A stretch of DNA of 63,444 nucleotides, filler included, from Chrysochromulina tobinii (GCA_001275005.1; 8 parts of 8 records of this genome joined end to end with filler, not necessarily neighbours in it), one strand, 5' to 3'; shown: positions 1 to 11,610, numbered from the whole stretch's first letter. Numbers and translations: made by a program. The notes: generated by a model not told the origin, from the letters alone.

Positions 1-2119
1 CCCAAGGATGAATTCGAGGAGCAGACGCTCCTCGCCATGTGGACCGCCCGGCTCGACGTCGGCCGCATCAAGTGCACCGCGGCCGCCTTCTCGCCGAATG
101 CGGATCTCCTCGCCATCGGCAGCAACGACGGCGCAACGTCCATGTTCAATCCCAAGACCGGCCGCCTGGTGTCCAAGCTGGGGGTTGCGTACACCAAGGA
201 GACCGACCTGATGTCGATGCTCGCCGACAATGGCCGAGGCATCGTCATGGCGCTCAAGTTCAATCCCGCTCCGGGAGTGAAGCCCAGGCTGCGCGTCGCG
301 CTGTCCGACGGCAAGGTGGAGTGCTTCGATCCGATCACGGGCGCCTCGAGCGGCCTCAACGTCGTCGACGGCGGTCAGACACTCGCCCTCGACTACGCGA
401 CAGACGGCACTTGCTACGCGGCGGGCGGCGTCGACCCGACTACCCCCGGCGGCGGTGGGCCAGCGGTGCGCGTGTACGACGACAAGACGTCGAAGCTCAA
501 GATGACCTGCACCGGCGATGCGACCGTCCCTGGCCACTCCAATCGAATCTCGTGCATCCGCTTCCAGAACAGCTCCCAGCTCGCCACGGGCAGCATGGAC
601 GGTGCGGTCTGAGTGCGGTCTTAGTGCCTTCTGAGTGCGATCTGAGTGCGGTCTCCTGGGCTGATTGCGATCTGAGTGCGGTCTGAGAGCGGTCTGAGTG
701 CGATGGGATGGATTGCCAACCGCTCCCAGAACAGCTGAAAGCTCGCCAAAGGCAGCACGGGCGGTGCGGCCTGATTTGCGCTCATTGCGACCGGACGGCC
801 TCCCTAATTAGGAACTGTCAAGCTCTGGTCGGTCGGGTCCAAGGACCCCATTAAGACCTTACCGTCCGACCAGACAGCTTCGTCCATCGCCTTTGAAGTA
901 GTTGGCCCGTCGATCGACTTTGATGGCCATTACATGCTCGTCGGGAGTGCTCGCCCACATAAGAACTTGCTCCTGTACGGCATGAAGACGGACCAGAGCA
1001 TGTTCTGTTGATGACCCATGATTGCCTCCCTCATCAGGCCGAGACGGACCAGAGCATGTTCTGTTGATGACCCATGATTGCCTCCCTCATCAGGCCGAGA
1101 CGGACCAGAGCATGTTCTGTTGATGACCCATGATTGCTCCTGTACGGCATGAAGACCAACACACGCGGTTCTCGGAGATTGGGTAGAGTGCCTCTCTGAG
1201 TGCCTCTGATTGCCTCCCTCATCAGGTACGACATGAGGAACTACAAGCTGGTCTCGGAGATTGGGTGGCGCAAGCTCGCGCCCGCGAAGACGGCGGCGCA
1301 GCGCATGTGGAACCGTGCCAACCTCGCGAGCCTGCAGAAGAGTAACATCCTTGCGGCGTCATTCACAGATGGGGGCAAGATTGTCGCGGGAGGTGCGACG
1401 AGATGACCCCTCTCTGATGGACTCTCTGATTGCCTCTCTGATGGCCTCTCTGATTGCCTCTCTGATGGCCTCTCGGAGGGCCTCTCGGAGGGCCTCTCCG
1501 ATGGCCTCGAATGAGCACTGATGGCCTTTCTCATCGGCATGACTTGCCTAATTTGGGCGTGACTTGCCTCCGTGTCCAGGCGCGATGGGCGCCGGAGGTG
1601 TGGTCAAGATCTTCACACCCAACACGCCACCAAAGGATGCTCAGCCGGTGGGCGGTGATGCGGCCGGCGCTGAGCCCGACGCGATGAGGGAGTTGTTCTC
1701 GGCCGTTGCGAGCTTCTCCGTGCCAAGCGGCGTGATGGGCATCGACGTGTCTCGCAAAGCGATCATTCGAAAGGGGGAGAAGGTGCCTCTGAGTGCCTCT
1801 GAGGGCCACTGAGTGCCACTGAGTGCCACTGAGTGCCACTGATTGCAAAGCGATCATTCGAAAGGGGGAGAAGGTGCCACTGAGGGCCACTGATTGCCAC
1901 TGAGGGTCGCTGATTGACTTTGATTGCTTTTGATTGATATGGTTTGCTATTGATTGCTATTGATTGCCTCCCCGATGGCTCCTCAAACATTAGGTGGGCG
2001 AGGGCGAGAATGCCGTCGAAGCCGCCGAGGACATCAAGATGATGGCCGTCGCCGCAGCCAATGGCATCGTCTACGGCATCAAGCTCCCTAGGGATCTACC
2101 GCACCACGCCGAGCTCTGA
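1..2119 (+). CDS. WD40-repeat protein, 5'-truncated, 5 exons (1-601, 812-974, 1226-1392, 1580-1782, 1994-2119)
   Basis: Frame is open from base 1. Splicing GT-AG introns 602-811, 975-1225, 1393-1579 and 1783-1993 keeps the frame and rebuilds WD motifs (GHSNRISCIRF...LATGSMDG|TVKLWS; LLL|YDMRN). The exact 3' end is less certain. Confidence 0.85.
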
Positions 2120-2251
2120 GCTCGCCCATATTAGGAACGCCTCTCGCGATTGACGAGACCGGCGGCGGGGAGCTTGGCGGCGGCGTGACCCTCCGAGCTG
2201 CGCCCTTATCAGGCAAGCTGCACTCCTCGGAGCCGGCCATTGAGCATGCAA

Positions 2252-2430
2252 CCTTCTAGCATGCAACCCCTTGATATGGGCCCCCCATCATGCCACCTTC
2301 TAGCATGCAACCCCTTGATATGGGCCCCCCATCATGCCACCTTCTAGCATGCAACCCCTTGATATGGGCCCCCCAGAATGCCACCTTCTAGCATGCAACC
2401 CCTCGATATGCCCCCCCCAGCATGCCACCT
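2252..2430. repeat. Minisatellite, about 4 copies of a ~44-bp unit
   Basis: CCTTCTAGCATGCAACCCCTTGATATGGGCCCCCCATCATGCCA repeated head to tail. Confidence 0.9.
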
Positions 2431-3684
2431 TCGGAGCTCTGTGAGCATGCCGGAACCTCTCCACAGCACAGGAGCAAGTGAGGATGTTACAGAGGAGCAG
2501 ACAGTACACGCCTCTCGGCGTTCGTATGCGAACGGGCCTCGGGGATGCACCCGAGGGCTCACTGCTGCTGTGTGGCGACGCCGGTGCGCCCTATGGCGCG
2601 CTTCGTCGAGTGCGCGCCGTCGTGGCGCACTCGAGGGCTTCACTGCTGCTGTGGTCTGGCCTCTAGAGACTGTGTCTGACTGTGTGCCGTGCGTGGAGGC
2701 TGGAGCGCCACGCCAGCACCGGCCGAAACGCGCGGCAGAGTTTAGGCGAAGTTCTGCGGTTCTGCGCGCGGCGTCGCGGGGGTCCGTTGGTGCGTGAGTT
2801 TGGCGTGAGCCGGGCTTCCTTGTCGTCGGGGGCGTTGGCTGGACCGGTCCGCTGGTTTCAAGTCTCTAGTCTGTGCGAAGCGTGGCGTGTATGCGCGCTA
2901 ACTATAAACTAAGCGCAAGGACGAAGGACTGGGTAAAAACTAATCCTTCTAATGTCCGACACGCGGGGACTGTCGTGTGGAGACGTCACTGTGCGGTGGC
3001 GCGGGACCGCTGTCCAACTCCAAAGCCGTGGGAAAGCCGTGGAGGTAGGGGCGGTAGCCGCAAGACGAGCGGGGAGACCCACACAGTCGCATGTGACGCT
3101 GTGAATCTCTAATTATAAATTAAAGTTTAATTAAAGTTTGGGGGCGACTCGCTACGTTATCTTCTATAATCAAAGACGCCACCCTAAATGCGTATCTCTT
3201 TCGTCTTTGCGCGTGGCGGCACCGTCGGCACACCGCCATGCGGCGCTGCGTGCGCTGCCCCCCTGGCGCCACTGTCACTGCGTGCAGGCGCCATACCGCC
3301 AAACAAAAAGGCCCACGCGCCTCCCACACAGGAAACAGAAAAATGACAGGATCACGATCAGAAGCCAAAAAGAATAGCAACACTCACCCCTTCACATCAC
3401 TCACTCACTCACCCCTTCACATCACTCAATCAAATGCACACCATGATGCACACGTGCTACAATAATGTACCTAACCAAAAAGCGAGAGCACAGTCCAGAG
3501 AGTCGCAATCTAATCATACTACCAATGCATACTACGTAATATGCATCTTTGCCACTGGCGGAACCGTTCAGCGCGCCATAGCGCTGCTGCGCTGTCCCCT
3601 GGCGCCAGTCACTGCGCAGACGCCGCACCGCCAAAGGCCACGCGCCTCCCTTCTTGAGTGGCGGCCGGTTCGGCTCGAGCCGGA

Positions 3685-5784
3685 TCACAACATACCATAC
3701 CAGTCGTCGTCACTAGTCACGGTCACGGGGCCAACGATGGCGTTCTTCAAACTGTTGAAGCTGCTGTTCTTGGAGGAGCTGCTGTCGAATGTGCGCGGCG
3801 GCGACGACGGGCCGAGCAGCTCGTCGGGTGAAATGGCGTCACCGCGGCGTAGCAGGAAATGCGTCTCCATGACACCCTTGCCCTTGACTGCGATGGCGCC
3901 TCGCGGCTGCAGGTAGAAGGGTAGGGGGGGCGGCAGCAGCGCGCCGGACGCGGCGGCGGCGGCTGCCGCCGCCCTGTCGGCCGCCTTGTCGGCCACCTCG
4001 GCGGCCGCAAACGCGGCCGCGAACTTGTCCGAGACGTGTGTACGCCCCGGCAGCGAGTTGGACTCCATGCGCGCCGTCGTGTTGATCGTGTCGCCGAAGA
4101 TGGAGTAGTGCGGCAGCGTGCGCCCGACGACGCCACCGACAGCGGGCCCGCAGTGGAGGCCGACGCGGATGAGCATGTTGCCCGAGTTGGGTAGCTCGTG
4201 GCGCCCGGCGCACTCGACCATGTCGAGCGCGCAGCGCGCTATCTGCAGCGCCTGCGCGCACGGGTCGCGCTCGCCCGAGATGCCGGCCACGGCGACGAAG
4301 GCGTCGCCCACGGTCTCGAGTTTCGTCACGCCATGCCGCTGCGCGATCTCGTCAAAGTCCTTGAAGAGGTCGTTGAGCATGGCCATCGTCTCGTGCGGCG
4401 TGATGGTGCCGACGAGGTCCGTGAAGCGGACAATGTCGGTGAAGAGGAGTGTCACGTGCTCGAAGTGCTCCGCAACGTGCTCGTCGCCGGCGCGCAGCAT
4501 CGAGACGACGCGCCGCGGCAGCATCGAGTACAGGAGGCTGTCGTTCAGTTGCTGCTGCAGCGCGATGAAGACGATGAGCGCGGTGATGAGCGCCGCGATG
4601 ACGACGACGGCCGCAACGGCGCCGTTCTCAGGCACGGGAGTCAACGAGCCCGTGCGCGGCTCGATGGTGATCACCCAGGCGGACGAGTAGGCGCGCACAA
4701 CACTCGAAACGGCCCCGGCGTCGTACGCGCTCGTCGGCAGCGAACCGTCACTCGACGAGACGACGACCAAGGGGAGCGCGTCCATGCCGTCGGAGGTCTC
4801 GACGGAGCGCGCGATGGACCACTTGTACTCGGCGCCCAGATGCTCGATGCCGGCGAGCTCGAGCAACTGGCTCCACACGACGATGATGGTGAAGAAGCCC
4901 CAGAAGCGCCGCCCGTCGCCCGTCGCGTTGGTGTCGCAGAGGGACGCGCCCGTCGCGGCGCTCCGCACGACGTCGCAGCCCGTGACGGTCGTGAAGGGTC
5001 CCAGCGGCGAGCCGCCGCGCGGCCAGCGGTAGCCGAGCGACCACGGGTCCGCAGCGGCCGTCGTCGAAGCGAAGAGGGGGATGCGCGAGAGCAGGGCGCT
5101 CTGGCCGTACTTGCAGAAGGCGGTGCACTTCGTGAGGGGCGACAGGATCTTCTTGGGACCCTCGATATGAATCTTCCGGTCCGTCAGCGCGAGGACGACC
5201 GCCTGGCGCCGGTTGGCGATGACCGAGCTCGCATTGAACAAGTCGTGCCCGCCACCCACGTCTCCACCCACGGACCCGCCGCCCGACGACACGGGGGGGT
5301 AGATGGCCGCGACGCGGCCGTACGGCGCAAGCTGAACGTCGTTGATGGCTGGCGACGCCATGACGAGCGCCGGCGCCGCGCGCGTGAACCATCTCTGCAC
5401 GGCCTCGTGCGTCGGCGGTGGCCCCGACTCAACGAAGGTCGCCGCCGCGAGCGACGGGTTGAGCGCGCCGCGCAGAACCGCGCCGAAGGAAACCGCGACG
5501 GACGAGAGGAGCGTCTGCGCGCGCACCTGGCGCGCGATCGCCTCCGAGTTAGTGTACCTCATCATGACGCCGTGGCCCCCGCCGGCGAGCACAGCGAAGA
5601 CGACAGCGGCGAGGCCCAGAAAGCGGCACGGTGCCGCGCGCAACTCGCGCCAACCGCGCCACGCCGACACGCGTGCACAGCGCGGCGCGCGTGCAGCGCG
5701 CTTCGCCGCGCCGGCGGCGCGCGGTGCCGGCGCGAGCTTGCGTTTCATGACGTCGTCGTCGACGACGGACAGGACGTGCACCAT
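3685..5784 (-). CDS. Membrane class III nucleotide cyclase (guanylyl-cyclase-like) with an extracellular CHASE-like sensor region; intronless
   Basis: Two hydrophobic segments flank a region with CHASE-like motifs (QLAPYG, GHDLF, IEGP, FWGF). Cyclase motifs SMLPRRV, TLLFTDIVRFT, KLETVGDAF, IRVGLHCGP, FGDTINTTARMES. Start is 5784 or 5748. Confidence 0.88.
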   Translation of the reverse strand: MVHVLSVVDDDVMKRKLAPAPRAAGAAKRAARAPRCARVSAWRGWRELRAAPCRFLGLAAVVFAVLAGGGHGVMMRYTNSEAIARQVRAQTLLSSVAVSFGAVLRGALNPSLAAATFVESGPPPTHEAVQRWFTRAAPALVMASPAINDVQLAPYGRVAAIYPPVSSGGGSVGGDVGGGHDLFNASSVIANRRQAVVLALTDRKIHIEGPKKILSPLTKCTAFCKYGQSALLSRIPLFASTTAAADPWSLGYRWPRGGSPLGPFTTVTGCDVVRSAATGASLCDTNATGDGRRFWGFFTIIVVWSQLLELAGIEHLGAEYKWSIARSVETSDGMDALPLVVVSSSDGSLPTSAYDAGAVSSVVRAYSSAWVITIEPRTGSLTPVPENGAVAAVVVIAALITALIVFIALQQQLNDSLLYSMLPRRVVSMLRAGDEHVAEHFEHVTLLFTDIVRFTDLVGTITPHETMAMLNDLFKDFDEIAQRHGVTKLETVGDAFVAVAGISGERDPCAQALQIARCALDMVECAGRHELPNSGNMLIRVGLHCGPAVGGVVGRTLPHYSIFGDTINTTARMESNSLPGRTHVSDKFAAAFAAAEVADKAADRAAAAAAAASGALLPPPLPFYLQPRGAIAVKGKGVMETHFLLRRGDAISPDELLGPSSPPRTFDSSSSKNSSFNSLKNAIVGPVTVTSDDDWYGML

Positions 5785-6129
5785 ACATGGAATGTTTTCG
5801 CAGTGGTACGGGAAAACCGGGGCTTTTTTAGGGTTAAATTGCCGGCACCTTTTCGGGTCCGTCGATTCTCCATTAGTAGGAAAGTTTGCTTTTGGAGTCC
5901 GAACCATACCTGTACTCGCACGCACTCGAGGGTTTAGCGTACCTCCCCAAGCGATGAACGTGTACTACGGCGATCGTGTACATGTACTCGATGGGCGTTG
6001 TCGACCAAGTTGAGCCTTCTCTGGGTTTTCTTGTGAGAATGGTGTAGGATTCTGATTGGGGCGCTGACAATTCAGCGCTGTGGGGCGGGGGACTGAGGAT
6101 TCAGCCGGTAAAGTCGGGGTGTGTAGGAT

Positions 6130-6353
6130 TCAGCCGGTAAAGTCGGTGTGAGTGTAGGATTCAGCTGTTCACTCCCGTGTGTAGGATTCACCATCATCGG
6201 AAACGCGAATCCTACAATCCTTGGAGCCAGAGGACCACGCTCGCTCACCGAATGCTGACGTCGCCGGTCGTGGATGCCCGTGCCCGGAACCGTGAATCCT
6301 ACACACACCGGTGTGAACAGCTGATCCTACACACCGACTCGTTTACCGGCTGA
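6130..6353. repeat. Imperfect ~60-bp inverted repeat with ~100-bp spacer (foldback-like), built from GTGTAGGATTC subunits
   Basis: 6130-6191 is approximately the reverse complement of 6292-6353. Extra GTAGGATTC/GAATCCTAC copies occur at about 6042-6215. Confidence 0.7.
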
Positions 6354-6832
6354 GGATCATCAGACTTCAGAGTCAGTGCCGCCCCGCGCGCTACCCGCGC
6401 GCCGCGCCCGCACGGGCCGCGGCACCACGCGGGCGGGCGCTGAATCGTGAGCGGCCGCCCGCTATCCGTGAATCCTCCGGGCGCATTAACATATGAATAC
6501 CTCGCATAGATTGTCGACCTCCATCCTCCTCAACGACCGGACCCAACGTGCAGACCCAACGTGCAACCTACCGGAAATCAAACGAAACACATCGGAATGG
6601 CTTGGCACACGCGCGGCCAAGCCCCCCCCCCTCCACCGCACAGCTTCGATTCCTCACCCGCGCAGCGGAGCCTGGCCACGAAACACACACCGCAGTCTTC
6701 CTCTCTAAAAAGCCGCGCCACGCTCAGCGCCACACCACGTCAGGTAGTACGCGCCCCCACCACGATTTGCCGTACGCGCCGGCGTGTGGAACCAACATCT
6801 CCGAGATTGAATCTCCGGACCGTCGAGGGTGT

Positions 6833-7006
6833 CGTGAATGCACAACCATGCGACCCCCCCTCGGCGTACTGCTGTTCACACCCCGAGGCCGCTCGAGCCT
6901 GCTGTGAATGCACAGCACCATGCGCCCTCGTGAATGCACACCCATGCGCCCCCTCCCCTCGGCGTACTGCTGTTCACCCCCGAGGCCGCTCGAGCCCGCT
7001 GTGAAT
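6833..7006. repeat. Degenerate ~97-bp tandem duplication
   Basis: CCCCTCGGCGTACTGCTGTTCAC...CCCCGAGGCCGCTCGAGCC..GCTGTGAATG occurs twice. Confidence 0.75.
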
Positions 7007-7254
7007 GTGAACCGCGAGACAGAATCGGCGTGATCGGCGCGCCCCACTTGACGAAACACATGCGCACTCGCTGACACTCTGTACCATGCGCCACTCTGCC
7101 ACCGCTGTGGGCAACCAGTCACGTGTGCCTTGCCTAATTCGGCTTGCCAGTCGACTTGCCTAATCCGGCATGGTACTCGTCCTTTCACCGCCAAGGGTTT
7201 GGCGCGAGAGCTGGACTCGGACTCGGTCCATCCAGCCCACCTAGCCATCTTATC

Positions 7255-10200
7255 TTAGGCAGTGAAGTCCTCCTCCTCCGTCTTCGGCTTGCCCACCTCG
7301 GTCGAGACCATCTTCTCAAGCTTGCGCAGCTCGGGCTCGGGCAGGTCGGACTTATCGACGTACCTGTGGGAAAGGGAGGAGAGGGCGCCGTGGTGAGCAC
7401 TTGCATGCAGCCGTCGTGCTCGAGCGCGCCTCCGCCATCTCGAGCTTGGCGACGTACCGCTTGGCGACGTATCGCAATCAGAGTTCATCAGAGGTAATCC
7501 GATCGAATTGGGGTCGCAATCAATGCCGCGGCACGACGTACCGCTTGAGCGAGGCAATCAGAGGTCATCAGAGGCAATCAGAGGTCATCAGAGGCCATCA
7601 ATGCGGCGGCACGACGTACCGCTTGAGCGAGAGAGCGAGGAGCACATCTGCGAACTTGACGAGCCCTCCCGGTTTCTCGACCTTGAGCTTCTTCGCGATG
7701 GACCTGGCGCTGTTGGCGGCGTCGTCCTCGCCGAAGGTGCCGAGGGGCGGGGGCACCTTTGCAATGAGCTCCGGCAGCATGCTTTCAGGGAGCTTGTTGT
7801 TGGCCTCCGGATCGAGCTCAGCCCATGCTTCCATGAAACCGTCAATGTCGGAGGGCGAGACGAGGTCGGGGTTCTGTGAATGTGAACAACGACGGGTGGT
7901 GGGCATCAGTGGTCATCAAGGGCGATGGTCATCAAGGGTCATCAATGGTCATCAAGTGATCATCAGTGGTCATCAGTGGTCATCAGTGGTCATCAGAGGT
8001 CATCAGTGATCATTTTCGCACCTGCTCGGAGAGCGAGGTGAAGTTCTCGATCCATGGTCATCAGAGGTCATCAGTGGTCATCAGTGGTCATCAGTGGTCA
8101 TCAGTGGTCATCAGTGGTCATCAGAGGTCATCAGTGATCATTTTCGCACCTGCTCGGAGAGCGAGGTGAAGTTCTCGAGGATCACAGCGACCATCAGGTT
8201 GAGGAACACCAACGTGCCGAAGAGCTGGAAGGTGACGAAATACGGGATCGCGACCCATGAGCCGCAGTCGACGCCCTCGGTGCACAGGCCGGACTCTTCC
8301 TGCACGAGCGAATCTTGGAGCAGCAGCGTCCAGCCGTCGCCGGTCACCGACTGGAGCAGCAGCAGCATACCTGTGGGGAGAGGAGAGGGCGCCGTGGTGA
8401 GCACATGCATGCAGCCGTTGGTCACCGACTGGAGAAGCAGCAGCATACCGTTGCCCACGGTCTGGAAGTTGCCATCAGTTGCCATCAGTTGCCATCAGTT
8501 GCCATCAGTTTCCATCAGTTTCCATCAGTTTCCATCAGTTGCAATCAGTTGCAATCAGCAGCATACCGTTGCCCACGGTCTGGAAGTTGCCATCAGTTGC
8601 CATCAGTTGCCATCAGTTGCCATCAGTTGCAATCAGCAGCATACCGTTGCCCACGGTCTGGAAGTTGGCATGAGATTCGACGTTGTCCTGAAGGACCAAC
8701 GTCGCGAACAGGTGCATGCCGAGGACGGCATAGATGAACATGACGAGCGCGAGCAGCGAGCACACGTTGAACACGGGTGGGAGAGAGAGGATGATGGTCG
8801 TGACGAGGTCACGCAGCCCCTTGACGCCCTTGAGGATGCGCAGGATCCGCACGATCCGGAGCAGGCGGAGCACGCGGAGCAGGAATGGCGGCACCGGCAG
8901 GTAGGCCGTCAGGTCCGCCGCGAGGTCGTCGATGAGTGCGGTGCAGACGAGCACGAAGTCGAAACGGTTCCAGCCGACCGAGAAGTAGCCTGATGAGGGG
9001 GCGCAATCGGAGGTGCAATCAGTCGCAATCAGAGGTGCACTCAATCGCAATCAGAGGTGCCATCACTGATGAGGGGGCGCAATCGGAGGTGCTCAGTCGT
9101 GCTCAGTCGCAATCAGAGGTGCCATCAGTCGCAATCAGAGGTGTGCTCAGTTGCAATCACGTACCAATCGGGCCGAGCGAGAAGATCTTGAGTGCAAACT
9201 CGGTATAGTAGACGCTGATAAAGAAGCGCATCGCGTAGTTGTACGCATCGCCCTTGGTCATCTCGAAGCCGGAGATCGAGATGAACGCGTCGTCCTCAAA
9301 CTGGTACGATTTGCACGCCATCAGCAGCGTGTTCAGCAGGATGATCGTGATGATGAAGATGTCGAAGTTGACCGACATGACGAGCTTGAAGATGTACATG
9401 CGCATCGAGCCTTCGGGCGGCGGCACTCCCTTCATCGGCTTCGCGAGCACAGCTGTCTTGATCGTCTGGACCCATTGGAGCTGAGCGCCGGTCATGGTAG
9501 CCGAGCCCGCGCCCGTCTCGGCGGCGATCGAGTTGAACGTCTCGACGATCGCGCCGATGAAGAGGTTGAGCGCGATGAAGGCGCCGACGAACATCCACGA
9601 GATCGTGAAGAGTGCGGCGGGCGAGTAGTCGTTGCGCACGGGCGCCAGGCCGGGGCCCTTGGCGGCCATCGCCTGGAACATCTCCGTCTCCCAGAGATCG
9701 CCCGAGGTCTGTGTGGAGATCGTGAGGAGATCGTGAGGAGATTGTGGGGAGATCGTGGGGGGGATCGTGATGAGTCGTGAGGAGATCGTGAAGAGATCGT
9801 GAGGAGGGGGCGGCAAAACAAGGGCGCTCAAGGGCAAATCGATGGCAATCGAGGGCAATCAACCGGGAGAGCGTACCTGGAGGAAGAGCGCGAGCATCGC
9901 CGAGCCGAAGTTGTCGAAGGAGTTGCCTGGAGGGTTCTCCCACGTGTTGCCCGCCGTCACGCACTCCTCGACGGTGGCGATGGTCGGATCCTCCGTGCAC
10001 ATCGCGAAGGTGCCGGCGAACATCTGCATACCGAGGATGGGGCAAAGTCGGCAATCAAGGGCAATCAAGGGCGATCAAGGGCGATCAAGGGCATCAAGGG
10101 CAATCAAGGGCACTCAAGGGCAAAGTCGGCAATCAGAGAGGCCGTCAGAGGCCGTCAGAGGGCCATCAAGGGCAATCAAGGGAGATCGCACCTGCATGCC

Positions 10201-11391
10201 GAGGATGGCGAAGACCGCTTGGATGAAGAGGTAGACGGCAAGCACATTCATGACGGCCGGGATCGAGGCGATGAGGGTCGCGACGATCACTTTCATCGAC
10301 TCAATGCGACCGACGAGCCGCAGGGGGCGGAGTGCACGGAGCACGCGGAGGGACTTGAGGGGGGCGAGCGCCTCAATGTCGAGCACTTCCGCGGCGATGA
10401 CGGTGACGGAGACGAGGACGATGGCGAAGTCGAGTTGGTTCCAGCCGTTCTTGAGGTAGGCTCGCTCGGTGAAGAGGAAGCCATAGGCGATGATCTTGAG
10501 GAGCGCCTCGGTCACGAAGATGGCCTGATGAGGGGGGCAATCATGCGGCCCATCAGAGAGGCCATCAGAGCAGCCATCAGAGAGGCCATCAGAGAGGCCA
10601 TCAGAGAGGCCATCAGAGAGGCCATCCGAGAGGCCATCAGAGAGGTCATCAGAGAGGCCATCAGAGAGGCCATCAGAGAGGCCATCCGAGGCCATCTGAG
10701 AGGCCATCCGAGAGGCGATCAGAGATGTTCACAGCTCCAGCGGCACGCACCGTGAACACGTAGTTGGTGAGCGTCAGCTGGGCTTCGAGAGGCGATTCGG
10801 GGTCAAGGAGTGGCGAGTCGATGGCGAGCGAGACCGACGAGGCGATGATGATGAACAGGATGAACATCTCAAAGTTCGGGTGACGCACGAACCACTCGCA
10901 ACACCTGTGGAAGACATGGCGAGTGCGTCATCAGCGCGTCGTCAGCGCGTCATCAGCGCGTCATCAGCGCGTCATCAGCGCGTCATCAGCGCGTCGTCAG
11001 CGCGTCGTCAGCGCGTCGTCAGCGCGTCATCAGCTTACCTGCGAATGCCGTTGCGCGGGCCGAAGAGGCAGAGCGAGTGCTCCTGGGGCCATGGCAATCA
11101 ACGGCAATCAACGGCAATCAACGAACCACTCGCCTCACCTGCGAATGCCGTTGCGCGGGCCGAAGAGGCAGAGCGAGTGCTCCTGGGGCCAGGGCTTCTC
11201 GACGAGCAGGTCAGACTTGGGCGGCGGCTTGGGTGGCTCCTCCACGGGGATCGGCTCCTCGCCTGGGGGGAGGGGGGGGGAGCGCCGTGGTGAGCACTTG
11301 CATGCAGCCGATCGAGCCGGCTGTTCGACGGGGATCGGCTCCTCGCCTGGCTCGGGCTCCTCTTCCTCGCCGAATGCCGAGAGCACCATGC
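7255..11391 (-). CDS. Voltage-gated Ca2+/Na+ channel alpha-subunit (two channel domains, probably III and IV, plus C-terminus), 5'-truncated at contig end
   Basis: Exons 11347-11391, 11139-11262, 10751-10904, 10192-10524, 9877-10023, 9165-9708, 8645-8989, 8150-8370, 7620-7873, 7255-7363 splice in frame. Motifs: YLKNGWNQLD, S4 LRVLRALRPLRL, SFDNFGSAMLALF, LNLFIGAIVETFN, GWNRFD, S4 LRVLRLLRIVRILRIL, FLNLMVAVILENF, EF-like FMEAWAELDP. Confidence 0.92.
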
Positions 11392-11421
11392 CTGCACGCA
11401 GAAAGGGGGGGGGGGGGGGGG

Positions 11422-11521
11422 NNNNNNNNNNNNNNNNNNNNNNNNNNNNNNNNNNNNNNNNNNNNTTAATTAATTAANNNNNNNNNNNNNNNNNNNNNNN
11501 NNNNNNNNNNNNNNNNNNNNN
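11422..11521. other. Artificial contig spacer; identical spacers at 19962-20061, 25556-25655, 38399-38498, 41019-41118, 54796-54895, 59515-59614
   Basis: Identical 100-nt N-run/TTAATTAATTAA/N-run with stops in all six frames. Confidence 0.98.
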
Positions 11522-11543
11522 CTCCTCCTCCTCCTCCTCCTCT

Positions 11544-11610
<67 letters not shown>

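Noticed and set aside
985..1140. ~56-bp repeats as a CRISPR array
   Set aside because: Head-to-tail copies with no unique spacers, inside a spliceosomal intron, no cas genes.
2880..3140. Possible LTR or SINE ending in an AT-rich tail
   Set aside because: No second copy, TSD, primer-binding site or Pol III boxes identified.
11422..11521. TTAATTAATTAA palindrome between N-runs as a biological site
   Set aside because: Identical at all seven gaps, so it is an artificial linker. Gene neighbourhoods across it are meaningless.
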